Positions 1 through 12,483 of a stretch of 64,000 nt of DNA are shown piece by piece. Within the stretch, counting starts at the first letter, position 1, and each line of letters opens with the position of its first letter. The stretch covers positions 96,001-160,000 of the forward strand of contig CM000433.1 in assembly GCA_000165345.1 (NCBI GenBank). Direction: 5' to 3'. Position numbers and translations under genes: made by a program. The notes below the pieces were generated by a model. It did no database searches and was not told the origin of the DNA. It was given only the letters and a program-made list of their open reading frames with translations.

Positions 1-641
1 CATTTATTATATACAAATAACAAAACTTAAATGAATAAATACTTTTTCAGCTGCTATTATTTATTTTCTTTTATTCAAACCTTATCATCATTTCCACTTA
101 ACTTGTTTAACTTTAGTTCATATATTTGAAAATTAATTATATCTTTTTTTTCTTTTCAATAATAATTTTTTAATTTCACACTAATAATGAAACCGCCACA
201 CGTAGTACCGCAATTTGCCGCCACTTGTCAATTTTGAATAATTTTTTTCAATATAAATACATTCTGCAAGAAAAAAAAAATTAAATTATAAGATAATAAT
301 TTTAATTAGTTTATTCTAAACATTAAAAAATTATTTACTTCTGCAGCCTGTTTAAATTTCTTTATCATTAATAAAAATTTACGAAATTCCGAGAATAATA
401 ACAAATAATTATGACGTAATTATTTATTTTTCATGTGGATAATAATATATAAAAATTGCATGTGCTAATAATAATGATAAAAAATGATGGAGAGTAAATA
501 ATTATTATTTATCATTATTGTTAACAATAGTAATAAATAACAAAATAAAAAAAGGAATAGATAGTATTTGAAAGTTAATTTAGTATGAAAACAATTTCAA
601 GAATATTAATGGAAATAAATTAATATTGAATAATTTCGAAT

Positions 642-1931
642 ATGCCAATTTTAAAAAATGAATTGCAAAAAGATAGAGACAAGGATGAAGAAAAGGTTGA
701 AGTACTTAACAAATCTATTTCAGAGAAAAAAGAAAAATTAAATTTTTTAGAGAATAATACCAGAAATGGTTTCAACAATTCAATAAAGAAAATTGAAAAT
801 ATATTAATAAATGCTTATAATCAAGCAAACTCAAACTATAACTCATTCTTTTATAATATTAATATGTTAACTTTACCATATAATAATTTAAGTGAAGAAC
901 CATCAGAAGTACTACAAAGGTTGAATATAAGAAACGAAAATATAAGTGAGCAAGATAATTTAAGAATGAAAATATTACAAGGAGTTAATACAGAATTGAA
1001 TGATAGCTTAAGGATGACTTTGGATGTTGTTTTAAAAACATATAAAGAATTAGAAAAAATACAAAATAAAATTGAAGATTTAATTCTAGAAAATAAGGAA
1101 TTAAAAAATGGAACATTTAACTTAAATATGTCAATACAAGAATTAAAGAATGAAAATAATAAGTTATCACGAGAAAATTTTTATCTAAATGAACAAATTA
1201 AAGAAAGAGTTTCAACTTGTGATAAATATAAAAGTGCTTTAAATAAATCTATTAAAACAATGAAGAAATTATATTTTGAAAATGATAAATACAATAAAGA
1301 AATAAGTCAACTTGAAAATCAGTTAGTAGTATCTAAATTAAGAGTTGCTCAACATAATGAAGAACTTGAACATATACGTACATTACTTAAATATTATAAG
1401 AATCAAGTAAAAAGTGATTATATACTTTCCCCTGCAATTGAACAAATTATTAAAGTTGAGCCTTGTAGAATTCCTTCAAATAACAAGGAAATATCTAAAA
1501 ATAATAATCAAAATCACCACAAGAATACTAATATTGGAAGTATATTATCAAAATTATTATTTAATCATTCTTCAAGTAATACAAGAAATCTTCACAAAAA
1601 TAAGTCTAAGAAAATACCATTAATAAGTACAAGTTATAATAATAATTCACCACAATCATTATCGCCATTTTCAAAATCTCATTGCAACAATAAGCAAGAA
1701 AATACTAAATATAATTCCTCATTAACTATTACTACTCCTGTTAAATTTAAAAAATTATATAATGATGAACACTCGATACAAAGTACTGGAACTGATTATT
1801 GTAATAATGATTTATTTTTCAATCATCAAAGAATATGTAAAGAAAATTTATTTTCATCAGATGATGAAGGATTTATAGAAAATCTACTAAGCAGTCCTCC
1901 ATCAATAAAATCTGCAAAAAGTCTTAAATAA
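642..1931 (+). CDS. hypothetical coiled-coil protein with Asn/Ser-rich C-terminus (429 aa)
   Basis: ATG at 642 verified. Single uninterrupted ORF. N-terminal two thirds are heptad-like and charged (LKNELQKDRDKDEEKVEVL..., ENKELKNG...). C-terminal third is N/S-rich low complexity. No recognisable catalytic motif. Confidence 0.5.
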   Translation: MPILKNELQKDRDKDEEKVEVLNKSISEKKEKLNFLENNTRNGFNNSIKKIENILINAYNQANSNYNSFFYNINMLTLPYNNLSEEPSEVLQRLNIRNENISEQDNLRMKILQGVNTELNDSLRMTLDVVLKTYKELEKIQNKIEDLILENKELKNGTFNLNMSIQELKNENNKLSRENFYLNEQIKERVSTCDKYKSALNKSIKTMKKLYFENDKYNKEISQLENQLVVSKLRVAQHNEELEHIRTLLKYYKNQVKSDYILSPAIEQIIKVEPCRIPSNNKEISKNNNQNHHKNTNIGSILSKLLFNHSSSNTRNLHKNKSKKIPLISTSYNNNSPQSLSPFSKSHCNNKQENTKYNSSLTITTPVKFKKLYNDEHSIQSTGTDYCNNDLFFNHQRICKENLFSSDDEGFIENLLSSPPSIKSAKSLK

Positions 1932-1989
1932 ATATTTCAGTTAATCATTTATATATGCATATGCGTAAATATATATATGTCATTTCATA

Positions 1990-2604
1990 TCATTCTATTG
2001 GATATTCATTAGGTAATTGCCCTCTATTCCATGATCCAGGACCAGCTTTCTCTACATTTAATGGTGGTACTGGTGATTTTTTTATGTTATTGCTGTTATT
2101 ATTATTATTATTATTATTAGTAATAGAATTAGGACTAAGTAATTTTAAATTCACAAATTCTTGATTATTATTTAAATCAATCTTTTGTTCAAACTCATTT
2201 ACATCTATATTTATTGAATTATTATTTAAACTGTTTCTTTTAATATCTCCAATTTGCTCATATACTCCATCCTGTAAATTATCAACATCTTTTATTATAT
2301 CTATATCTGTTCTGAAATCTCTACTAATATTATTTAGCAGTAATATTGAAGAAATCTTATTTCTAAATAATTTTACATATTCAATAACTGAATCAAAGTC
2401 TCCAGTCTCTATTGCGATTAATAACATCTGTTCATCTGCTTGTGTTTCCAAACCAAAATCGTCTAAAATACCGCAAAATGAAGATAACAACAATCCACAT
2501 AATTCCTTTAGTGATGAAGAGGAAGACGTTGAAGATGCATTATTCATTATTTGTGGTTCATATTTATTACTATTATTGTAATGATTAGCTTCAGATACAT
2601 CCAT
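1990..2604 (-). CDS. hypothetical protein (204 aa)
   Basis: ATG verified (cat at 2602-2604 on the + strand). Uninterrupted ORF with a poly-Asn tract. No family assignment possible by eye. Confidence 0.45.
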   Translation of the reverse strand: MDVSEANHYNNSNKYEPQIMNNASSTSSSSSLKELCGLLLSSFCGILDDFGLETQADEQMLLIAIETGDFDSVIEYVKLFRNKISSILLLNNISRDFRTDIDIIKDVDNLQDGVYEQIGDIKRNSLNNNSINIDVNEFEQKIDLNNNQEFVNLKLLSPNSITNNNNNNNNSNNIKKSPVPPLNVEKAGPGSWNRGQLPNEYPIE

Positions 2605-3104
2605 ATTGTTACATTCAACCTAAAAAACACTAATTAAACTTATTATCCTCTTTTTCAATACTTGATTCTTGTTCTATATGTTTATATTAATCTGATTTTT
2701 TCTTCTTTTGTAACCAATTTTCCTCTCATTTACTTTTCAAAACTCAATCTCAAATCCTAACTAAGTATCTCCTATTTTCGTATTATTAGTATTTCATTAT
2801 TCTTATGCATTTATTTATATATTATTTAGTGCCTAAATTTAATGAATTATAATCAAAATTTTATATTTCACACATATTTTAACCCTCATCCACATGTTAA
2901 TAAATACATATTATAAATTTTATTTCTAATTAATTTAAATATAGTAAATTTGAGGTAACCGGAGATTCCCGCCTTTTAAATTAATAAATCAAGTTACTAA
3001 TGAGAAACAAATAGATCAGCTTTATATTATTGATCAAATTTAAAAAAAAAAAAGATAGATTTTAAAATTAATAAATTAAATAAATAAAAGATATGGTAAA
3101 TATT

Positions 3105-3439
3105 TTACCTCCATTTATTAGTATCAATATCACGTGTATCTCTTTCTTTATTTCTTTGATTATTTCTAGAAGAGTTACTAGAATGTCTTCCCATTGATGA
3201 AGATTGTTGCTGATTTTTTGATTGATCATTTGTACCAGTTCTTCTTAGATCCGTAAAACTAACATTTTTATTACTACTATTTGTTCTACTGAAACTTGAA
3301 TTACTAAAACCAGCTCCACTTTCAGCTCCTGAAGCACCACTTGATGAATTTGTCACTCTTGTTAAATCACGTGTAAAATCTACTCTTGATGGGCTTCCAT
3401 TTCCTGAAGTTCCAGTTTTTTGTCTTGTAAATTGTACAC
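3105..3439 (-). CDS. EIF3A: putative 3' terminal exon of eIF3a (S/N/R-rich tail, 111 aa)
   Basis: The donor GTAAGT is at 3869-3864 on the minus strand. The acceptor is ...aaaatttag|gtgtacaattt, with the exon starting at 3439. Phase 1 is conserved: g+gt gives Gly, and the exon continues in the frame of track ORF 3105..3356, whose first codon is actually GTG. Composition matches the low-complexity eIF3a C-tail. Implied intron is 3440..3869 (430 nt). Confidence 0.4.
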
Positions 3440-3869
3440 CTAAATTTTCAAGTTAAAAAAAAAGTATTATGAATAAAAAATAAATGACTATTCTCTAAAT
3501 GAATTTTTATACATATTATAACTTGAAAATTTTGATCATAATCCAAAAGAAAAAAATATTTGAATTAGAAATTCATTCTTATTAAAAAATATTCATACTG
3601 ACGTGCAAATTGGGATTATTCAATCATTTCTTTTTTCTGAAACATAAAAATTATTATTAATAATATAATAATAATCCTCATGTTCTAGCCAGTTTATAAT
3701 CATAATAATAATAACAAAAATGAATTTCTAATCCAAATATTTATTTTCCTTCTTTAAAAGTATTTTCAATTCAATATTTCATTTATATATATTAAAATGA
3801 AAAATTGCCGCGCGCGGCAAATTCATGTATAAATATTCATTCAATAGTCAAATTATTATTTAAACTTAC

Positions 3870-6800
3870 CTGAAGAATTACCATTATTTGATCTAGAGTT
3901 ATTTCCAAAACTTCTATTAGAGTTGTTATTCCCACTTGTTTCTCCTCTTGTGAAGCTAATTGCATCACCTCTATCATTAAATCCACCACTATTATTATTA
4001 CTTGAATTATTAATATTACTACTACCACCACTACTCTTAGAATTTGCAGCCATTAATTTAGCCTCAATTTCCTCCTCTCTTCTTCTCTGCATTTCTAATT
4101 GTCTTTGCATCTTTAATCGTTTTTCCTCTTTTTGTCGGTTCGCTTCTTCAAGTAATCTTGCTTCTTCTTCCTCTCTCTTAGCCTCTTCTTCTTTTCTTCT
4201 TTGTTCTTCTTCATGTAATTTCTTTTCAATAGCTTCATTACGTCTAATCTTAGCTCTAGAAATCTTAAGCTCCTTAATCTTTTTAATACATCTTAATCTT
4301 TGTACCTTTAATTCATCCATAAGCTCTTCCTTTCTTATTTCTAATCGTTTATCTTTCCAATTATTTAAATATGGTAATATAGTTTTCAAGATTTCCTTTT
4401 CTTTATGTGCTTCCTTCTTAATTTCTTCTATCTTTAATAAATAACTATCTTGTAATTGTTTATGCAATTCTTTATCACTTTGAGATATTTTTTTATTCCA
4501 ATCCATTATTAATGGAATTTCCTCTAATCTATATGCTCTAGCTAAATGATCTAATCTTTTAGCTTCTTGTTTTCTTTGTTTAATTCTTTCTTGTCTTTCA
4601 AAGTTACATTGTTCCTCTTGTAATTTTTCTAAATCATCATATAATATTCTACCTTCTAATAAGTCTTCCAATGTTATTTCATCCAAAAGTTTTCCTTTTA
4701 ATACTATCTTATTTGAACTTGTATTCTTAAATGCAAGCTTTTTTATTGTTTCTAGCATCATTCTACAAGCTTCAATCTTATTCTTCTTAATCTCTTCCAA
4801 TTGTCTTGCCTCTTCTCTTCTTCTTCTATCTTCTTCTCTCTTTTGTATTTCCAATAACTCCTCTTGTGCTTTTGCTTCCTTTTCTTGACGTTTCTTATCC
4901 TCTTCAACTCTCTTAAGTTCCTCAATTCTTTCTTTTCTTCTTAATTTAATTTCTTCAATACGTTTTTCCATTGAAATCATTTCAATTGGAAGACGTCTCT
5001 GTACCATTTGAGAAATCTTTGTATTTTGATTATTTAATCCAACCTTTATATTATCTTTATCTAATCTTCTTAAAAGTGTTTCTAACATAAAAGCAGATGA
5101 TAATAATTGATTATTATATTTAGATCCCGAATTATTAATATTACATATTGTTTGTGTCTGTGATAATCCGTTATTATTCGATACAATATTATTTGAATTA
5201 CCACTATTTTTATAGCTATTATTAGCATAATTATTATATCCCAAGCATTTATCCACTGAATATATACATTTTCTTGCATAATCAATTCTTAAATTTATTA
5301 TTGAAGAATTTGATAATTGTACAAGAAGTTTTTCTGTGTCAGTCCATGGTAAAAAGTCATTTGGACATATATTCTTCAAAAATTGATCAATGCAAATAGA
5401 AGAATATACTCTTGAAATTAATAAAAATAGTTTTGTTAAAATAGTTACTTTCAAGGGACGTGTATATTCATTAAAATCTGGATCAATTTGCATCAAGTTT
5501 GTTAAAAGACCATTAGTACTAACACATAATTTCAAAGTATTAGATCTTCCTTCAATTATCCCATATAATTGCTGACATACTGGTAATGATAATCCTAAAA
5601 TATTCTTTGAAATTAACATACTTTTTAATATCTCCCTTGTTGGAATAAATAATGATCCTAATAATAATGCAGCTTTCTTAACTTGATCGCCTTGTGGATA
5701 ATAATCATTGGATGTCATATTTCCTGTAAAATAGCGTGATTTTGAATTTAAGCTCAAGTTATTCTCACTTAATGGAATTGATAATACTGCTAATACAACT
5801 GTAGAAGCCATTTTTGTTAATTCTTCCTGAGATACATTCTTTTTAAATTGCTTTAAATGTAAGAAATATTTTAAATGTGCCAAAGCATGGAATGAATAAT
5901 TCTCTGTTAATAAAAACATTTTACTTAATATATCATAATATAATGCAACCCATCTTAAATATGTTGGTCTAACTTTCATTGCATGTGCACTGTCCATAAT
6001 TTGTGAATTGGCGCCATTTGGGTTATTGGAATTTAATGGAAGAGTAGTACCGCCTAAAAAGTTATTTTGATTAATGCCATGTAATACATTAATTTGGTTA
6101 TTTTGATTATTAGAATTAAATGATGCATTTTGAGTGAAAGAGTTTCCAATAAGAGGATCAAATTGAAAAATTCCAAGATGGAAGATTTCCTCTGCAGTAG
6201 TGAAACATTCATTCCATAATGATAATTTTGCTGCACCTCTGAGTTGAACAATTCTTGTTTCTAGATGACATTCTGGTCTAAGCATGACTTCAATTTCAGG
6301 TCGATGACGATTTGAAACTAAGAGTTGATAGTGAGTTCTGAGTAATTCACAAAGTGTCTTGAATTCGCTAGCTCTATTGTGTTGCCAACAAAATTCTAAA
6401 GCTCTTTGTGCGGTTTCATGATATATTCTCTCTAATTTAGGAGTAAGTCTGATGATGTCTAGAATCATCTTATAAGCTTCCCAAGTAAATCTGAGAGTTT
6501 CATGTAACTTCTTTTCTTTAGCCCCTCTTCTCTCAATTTGTAAGCTTGCTAATAATAAACTTTCAGGTGTTTCTTCTTGTTCAAGATTTTCTTTAATGAG
6601 ATTTGGATCCATACAATCAACACATTCATTTTTCACTGATTGTAGTTGTTCTTCTGCTCTATTACGGAATTCTACAATAACTTTACCTAATGATCCAATA
6701 TTAGATTGATGTGTTACATATCTATATTGATGTAATCCTTCACGTGCCATTCTTGGTTTTTGCAAGTCTACTGAAAGTATAATATATTGAATCATCATCA

Positions 6801-6948
6801 ATTCTTGTGAAGAATCCCATCCATGAACTCTAAATCTTCTGTGATTTACTACTGAGTGTAGTAGTTGAAGAGCAGTTTCATCTTGACCAATTGATCTAAG
6901 TTCCTCTACTCTTCTAATTGCATTTTCTGGTTTGTGAAAGGTCAACAT
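3870..6948 (-). CDS. EIF3A: translation initiation factor eIF3 subunit A (eIF3a), main exon
   Basis: ATG verified at 6946-6948. N-terminus MLTFHKPENAIRRVEELRSIGQDETALQLLHSVV... is the conserved eIF3a/PCI-domain start. A long charged RRREE/EEKR coiled-coil repeat region and a G/S/N-rich tail follow, both typical of eIF3a. The ORF-track stop at 3856 lies inside a GGTAAGT donor. I therefore end this exon at 3870, leaving phase 1. Confidence 0.85.
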
Positions 6949-7277
6949 TTTGTATATAATAAAACAGTATTGTCAATATTCCGTTTGAGAGGCACGTAAT
7001 AAAAATTTATTCACAGAATTTAATAATTTCGTAGAAGTTTTGCTTTTTTATTGATAAATATTTATACTTTTATTATCGAGTAAAAGTAAAGCAATTTAAA
7101 GCAAAGTCTTTCTACAGTTTATTTTTCCTTTATATATGAATATTTTTACTTCCTGTACTTCTCCTTCCTTATAATTTTGTATCAAACAAAATTATTCTTT
7201 TGTTTATTCCCTTTTATTCTTGGGGATTAATATTTGTTTATTTATACGAAATTTATTAGTTTTAGTCCCATTCAATT

Positions 7278-7290
7278 TTTGGCGCCAAAA
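7278..7290. promoter_or_regulatory. palindromic E2F/DP-like element TTTGGCGCCAAAA in divergent promoter (eIF3a / SET gene)
   Basis: Perfect palindrome with a GGCGCC core, read directly from the sequence. It lies between two divergently transcribed genes. The same motif class recurs at most promoters in this window. Confidence 0.6.
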
Positions 7291-7908
7291 GACATCAGTA
7301 ATAGTAAATAATAACTCTGTCTCGTTATAATAATTAATTAATACTGCAACCAAAAAAAAATTCTTTTTTTTTCAGATAGAAATTTGTTTTCTGTTTTCTT
7401 TTTAAATGGACTATTTGACTTTCATGAAACCAATAAATTTCCTTATTTCCATTGTTTATTAATCTTTTTACGCTTATGAGCGAATATCGTTAATATAGTT
7501 ACTAAATATCTTTCAGTTGAATACTGAAATTTGCTATTAGATTGAACTCCTTAAATTTATCGAGATGATTATTCTCATTGAGGATATCTCACTTTTAACG
7601 CCAACTCCAATATTTATACTTATCCAAAACTTTGTTTCATGTTCATATACAAAATATTTGGCGGGTCAGCCGTTAAATTTACAATACTAAGTTACGTCAT
7701 TTATTCTGTGGGAAAAAAAAATAGTAAAATAAAGTATTGAACAATTCATGTTAATTAGTTAAAATCAATTTAAAAATTTATCAGCTAAATACTTCTAAAA
7801 TAAGTATTTATATCCTATCTGTAGAGTTTTTATCTTGCAATAATTATTTTAATCTGATAGTAAATGTATGTGAAAACATACTTAATTTGTTAACGAATAA
7901 AATTTCTA

Positions 7909-10900
7909 ATGCAAAAAAAAAAAGATGATGAAATAATAATTGAAAAAGGAGTAGAAGATGAAATTTTACATCCAATTTCAACCAATTGTACCATTGATGA
8001 AATTTCTCCACCAATTTCATTTCCATTGGACATAAGCATTAATGAGCAATTATTTGAGAGTGATTATTGGGATGATTATTTATCAGATTCTGAAACAGAC
8101 TATTGTGATAACTTTAATGTTAAAGATAAAGTTCATCCAACTAAACGAGTTTGGAATGATAACTTAGAAAGATCCTGCGGAGTATGCAATTATATAGAAA
8201 ACTACACTGAACTCTCAAATATGATAAAATGTGAAGGTTACTGCAGAAAACCATACCACTTAAAATGCGTCGGACTCGAAGAATTACCAAATACTCGATG
8301 GAAATGCCAAAACTGCATAAATAATCTTGTTTTTTGCAATATCTGCAACTCATTCAGCAATAAATCTAGCTGTAATTTTCTTAAATGTTATCATCCAATA
8401 TGTATGAGATTCTTCCACACTCAATGTTTACTTTATTATCAAAATAATATTATTTGGACCTTCAATAATTCATGTGGACAAAAGTGCGTGGCGCCTGACG
8501 AAAATGCATGTATGCACCCTGAGATAAATATAGGTGGTAAAATATTGAAAAAAATATTTGGCACAGAAAATGTGAATGAAGAAGAAGTAACTTCAAAGTT
8601 ATTGAATGAATTTGGATTTAAGTTCATTTGTGATCGTCATTATTGCTCATCTTGTAGTGACTATAATAAAAACAAGAGAATTTTGAAAAATGAAACTCAA
8701 ATTGAAATTTCAAGAAAAAAAAGAGTTATATTTAAATTAGATGATCCTGATGATTTATTCTACTGCATTAAATGCAATTCAGGGTATCACAGCCATTGTC
8801 TACATCCTGATTCTATTAAATTAGTAAATGGGGTTTGTATTTGTTATAAACATATACACGATCAAAGTGATATGATATTGGGTAGGTATAATATTAAAGA
8901 TGAAATTGACTCTAAGTTAAAAATACAGTTACAGAATTGTTTGAAGTCTAAGAATGGAAAAAGATTAAATAAGGAGCTAAAATTGGCATTAATACAAAAA
9001 ATAGTTAATCATTTAGAATCTTCAGAGTTTAATCTTAATTCATTACCATTCCAACTTCCTGGACAGTCAAAAGACTGGTTATGTATTGAAATAGAAAATC
9101 TAATTAATGAACATAATTTGAAATATGAGAGTCAAAAGGCCATAAATTTTTTACAAAATTATGGATTTACGCATATTAGAAGAAATATCTATTTAGAAAA
9201 TATTAACGACTCCCAAGATGAAGAATTTGAGACATTATCAGACACAGGTCATTCAGGAAGCAAAAATAAACAAAAAAAAGAAAAAAATATTAAAAATAAT
9301 CAAAATTTAAAGAAAAAAATATCTACATTAAATAAAAAAGATAAAATATTCAATGAAAAATGTGTTTGCAAAACAATTTGTGAAAAAGATACTTGCCAGA
9401 ATGCTGCAATGTTTATTGAATGCAATTCAAATATATGTGGGCTGGATGAAGGAATTCAGAAAAAAAATTGTATGAATAGAATATTTAATAGTAATAATAA
9501 CAAATTCTTAGATAATCAAAAGAAAATTATTTTAAAGAATTTAAAAGTTATAGATGCTGGAGAAAAAGGATTTGGTATTACTACTAATATGACTATTCCA
9601 AAAGATACTTTTATTATAGAATATGTCGGAGAAATATTAACTAGAGAAAATTACTTAAAAAGAGTTGAAAAATATAAGGAAAGAGAATTAGAATCAAGAA
9701 AAAAATCTATAATAATGGATTATTATAAAGAAGATCATGAGTTTAATGAAGACTTTGTCTTACCAAAAGATACTAGAGAAAGGCATTGGTACTGTATGGA
9801 GATTGGAAATGACTATATTATTGATAGTACAAATAAAGGAAATTTGAGTAGACTAATTAATCATAGTTGTGATCCAAATTGTATTGCGCAAAAATGGTTA
9901 GTAGGGAACGAATGTAGAGTTGGTATTTTCTCAAAAAGAGAAATTTTACCAAATGAAGAACTTACATATGATTACTCATTCACAGCTTTTGATATTGGTT
10001 TTAAATGTAAATGTAATTCTCCTTCATGCAAGGGAAGAATTGGAATAGAAAACTTTAAAGAAACTAATCAAGAACTTATTAAGAAAAGAAATTTACTATG
10101 TAAGAACACGAATATGATAAATTCATTCACAAATCTAAATAAATCATTATTTAATAATCCAATTTGTTCAGAAATAGATGAGATCTTTACGTCAAGATAT
10201 GATTATATTAATGACAATCCAGAATTTTACCATAAATTAGAAAAATATTGTGATAAAATTAGCAAATATAATCAAGTATTACATGATCATGTTACAAATG
10301 GGATTCAAATTTATCCATATGATTTCAAATTCAGAAATTCATTATATGGTTATACAAGCCTTTTATATTTTGATTCTCCTGATATAATTTCAGATTGGTA
10401 TTTTAAAAAATCAAAAAATATTGTTTTAATGAATAAACCATGGATTATTCTTCCCTTCGCATTTAATTCACGAGAATTTACTTATTTAAAATATCCATTA
10501 AATATGAATTATTTAAAAAAACAAGTATGTAAACGTTTAACTATTTCTTTGGATAAAAGCAATCCAAAACTAAGTAATAATTCAATTTTCTGGCATTTAT
10601 TTGATTTAGGGATTGGAAGTGATGAATGTTGTAATATTTGTAATAATCCCGGTACTTTAATTACGTGTGACTATTGTTATGATTCATTTCATAAATATTG
10701 CTTATATAATAATGAAATTCCAAATAATTTGAAAAGATCACGACTTTCTTATAATTATAATAAAGTTGAGGAAAAGATTAAATGTAGAAATTGTATGGAA
10801 AATGAGTTGATATCAGTTTATTGGCTTAAAACTACCTATAAGCGAAGAAGGTACAACTATTTTTTAAGACATAAATTACATTCTATTCCATTATATATTA

Positions 10901-10923
10901 ATAGAATAAACCCTCTTATATAA
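7909..10923 (+). CDS. PHD-finger / AWS-SET-postSET histone-lysine N-methyltransferase (SET2/ASH1-like, H3K36 class), 1004 aa
   Basis: ATG at 7909 verified. N-terminal Cys/His PHD-type fingers (CGVCN...CEGYCRKPYHLKCVGL...WKCQNC). AWS-like Cys cluster (CVCKTICEKDTCQNAAMFIECNSNICG). SET core (GFGITTNMTIPKDTFIIEYVGEIL...RLINHSCDPNCIAQKW...ELTYDYSF). post-SET (CKCNSPSCKGRIG). C-terminal extra PHD (CCNICNNPG...CDYCYDSFHKYC). Confidence 0.8.
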   Translation: MQKKKDDEIIIEKGVEDEILHPISTNCTIDEISPPISFPLDISINEQLFESDYWDDYLSDSETDYCDNFNVKDKVHPTKRVWNDNLERSCGVCNYIENYTELSNMIKCEGYCRKPYHLKCVGLEELPNTRWKCQNCINNLVFCNICNSFSNKSSCNFLKCYHPICMRFFHTQCLLYYQNNIIWTFNNSCGQKCVAPDENACMHPEINIGGKILKKIFGTENVNEEEVTSKLLNEFGFKFICDRHYCSSCSDYNKNKRILKNETQIEISRKKRVIFKLDDPDDLFYCIKCNSGYHSHCLHPDSIKLVNGVCICYKHIHDQSDMILGRYNIKDEIDSKLKIQLQNCLKSKNGKRLNKELKLALIQKIVNHLESSEFNLNSLPFQLPGQSKDWLCIEIENLINEHNLKYESQKAINFLQNYGFTHIRRNIYLENINDSQDEEFETLSDTGHSGSKNKQKKEKNIKNNQNLKKKISTLNKKDKIFNEKCVCKTICEKDTCQNAAMFIECNSNICGLDEGIQKKNCMNRIFNSNNNKFLDNQKKIILKNLKVIDAGEKGFGITTNMTIPKDTFIIEYVGEILTRENYLKRVEKYKERELESRKKSIIMDYYKEDHEFNEDFVLPKDTRERHWYCMEIGNDYIIDSTNKGNLSRLINHSCDPNCIAQKWLVGNECRVGIFSKREILPNEELTYDYSFTAFDIGFKCKCNSPSCKGRIGIENFKETNQELIKKRNLLCKNTNMINSFTNLNKSLFNNPICSEIDEIFTSRYDYINDNPEFYHKLEKYCDKISKYNQVLHDHVTNGIQIYPYDFKFRNSLYGYTSLLYFDSPDIISDWYFKKSKNIVLMNKPWIILPFAFNSREFTYLKYPLNMNYLKKQVCKRLTISLDKSNPKLSNNSIFWHLFDLGIGSDECCNICNNPGTLITCDYCYDSFHKYCLYNNEIPNNLKRSRLSYNYNKVEEKIKCRNCMENELISVYWLKTTYKRRRYNYFLRHKLHSIPLYINRINPLI

Positions 10924-11072
10924 TTTTTTTTCTTAAAAAAAAAAAAAAAAAAAAATTGAATATTTTATTAATTTATTTTGGATCTAAGTTTGAGTTATTA
11001 TTTAATTAATTATTTATCGTTGTTATGATGGCTTTCTAATACTTCTCACTTGTGTAAACTATAGTTAATGAG

Positions 11073-12116
11073 TTACTTTTCATCTTTAGGGTCGTTTATA
11101 CCCCCTTCTGTAATAGAAAATGTGGCATCCCCTTCAGGTAGATTCGGGGAATCGTAGATTTTGCAAATTCTTGTCTCCCCACGTCCTTTTTTGAGGAATA
11201 ATCTAGTTTGTGAAGCATGAGCAATAATATTACCTCCAATAGGCACTTTATCATTTTGGAACATGGCGGCCATGGCATCGACTTTTGACATTACTTGATT
11301 AGTGATAACAACTGCGACGCCAAAAGTATCCGCAATTTTTTGAAGAGCTCTTAGAAACTGGCCTAAATGGCTTTGTCTAGTTGCTAATTCTCCTCTTCCA
11401 TTATATTCTGATCTATAAAGCGCAGTTGCGCTATCAACAATCATTAATGCAAATCTGGATTCTGTCATCATAGCTACAGCTGATTGTAATAAATCCATTT
11501 GATGTTCAGTATTAAATCCTCTGGCATAGGCAATATTATCTAAGCAATCTGAAGCATTCAAGTTAAATCTATCAGCAATTTGAACAATTCTTTCAGGCCT
11601 AAAAGTACCTTCAGTATCAATCCATAAACACTTTCCTTCACCTCCTTTATGTTCAACAGGAAGCTGGCAAGTTACAGCAAGAGTGTGGCATAATTGAGTT
11701 TTTCCTGTTCTAAATTCACCAAAAATTTCTGTAATACTTCCTGTTTCTATTCCACCTTGTAAAAGTCTATCTAATTGGCTAGAACCCGTTGTAAATTTGA
11801 TTAGATTGGTTCTAGCTTCTAAATATTCAGTTCCACTGCAAAATCCCATTGCTACTAATTCTTTGCATGCAGATTTTATTTTATCACATTTTTGTTCACT
11901 AATTCCTTTAACTGACAATAAAGCTTTTTTAGGAGCATAAGCAAGACATTCTATTGTATGATATCCATTTTCACGGAGTATTTCTAGATCCCTTTTTGTT
12001 AATCCACTTGGAAGAAGATGCTCCAGTTTTAATGGCCCATTATATACTGTTTCATTTAAATTATTTTGATTTTCATTATTTTCATTGACTATTTCGTTTG
12101 GGTTTATTGTTGACAT
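11073..12116 (-). CDS. RAD51: DNA repair/recombination protein Rad51 (347 aa)
   Basis: ATG verified at 12114-12116. Walker [22 protein letters not shown] is present. Rad51 signature [51 protein letters not shown] matches. N-terminal HhH region ([33 protein letters not shown]). Confidence 0.92.
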   Translation of the reverse strand: MSTINPNEIVNENNENQNNLNETVYNGPLKLEHLLPSGLTKRDLEILRENGYHTIECLAYAPKKALLSVKGISEQKCDKIKSACKELVAMGFCSGTEYLEARTNLIKFTTGSSQLDRLLQGGIETGSITEIFGEFRTGKTQLCHTLAVTCQLPVEHKGGEGKCLWIDTEGTFRPERIVQIADRFNLNASDCLDNIAYARGFNTEHQMDLLQSAVAMMTESRFALMIVDSATALYRSEYNGRGELATRQSHLGQFLRALQKIADTFGVAVVITNQVMSKVDAMAAMFQNDKVPIGGNIIAHASQTRLFLKKGRGETRICKIYDSPNLPEGDATFSITEGGINDPKDEK

Positions 12117-12473
12117 ATTTAAAATTAATTATTAATTAGTATAACTTTAGTTTTGTTTTTCCAATACTTAATTACACACAGGCTTTTAAAAATGTTTTGC
12201 CTTATATATGTCTCTTAGTTTAAGAACTTGTCATAAAAATTTAATGTTTCAATTCACTTTTGTCTGTTCAAAATTTCTTTTCAAAAGTGATAAAGTTGTT
12301 TGCCAGTTCTAATTTGTAAATTCAATATTAACATCCAAATAAATAATAGCTATACTTTATTATTTGAAAACTAATAATATTATTGATAAAATTCTTCTCT
12401 CCAATTAAATAAAATTAATTGATATTTACTTAAAAACTTATTGATAGACGATAAATAATACAAATACAATGTG

Positions 12474-12483
12474 TGGCGCCAAA
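12474..12483. promoter_or_regulatory. E2F-like TGGCGCCAAA element upstream of Rad51 / divergent Asn-rich gene
   Basis: GGCGCC core in a GC island within a 1.4 kb AT-rich divergent promoter. The flanking CACATG / TGCATG motifs were also read directly. Confidence 0.5.

Noticed and set aside
3105-3356. ORF-track entries whose first residue is printed as M but whose first codon is TTG or GTG. Examples: 3105..3356 (GTG), 19516..20052 (TTG), 23048..24151 (TTG), 43557..43850 (TTG), 53059..55047 (TTG), 59078..60124 (GTG), 22646..22837 (TTG), 38506..39225 (TTG).
   Set aside because: I checked the + strand triplets at each start. These are not ATG, so they are not eukaryotic initiation codons. I treated these ORFs as internal exon segments or moved the start to the first ATG.
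3923-4444. 173-aa plus-strand ORF inside eIF3a
   Set aside because: Antisense of the eIF3a charged-repeat region. Leu/Ser-rich low complexity generated by the repeat.
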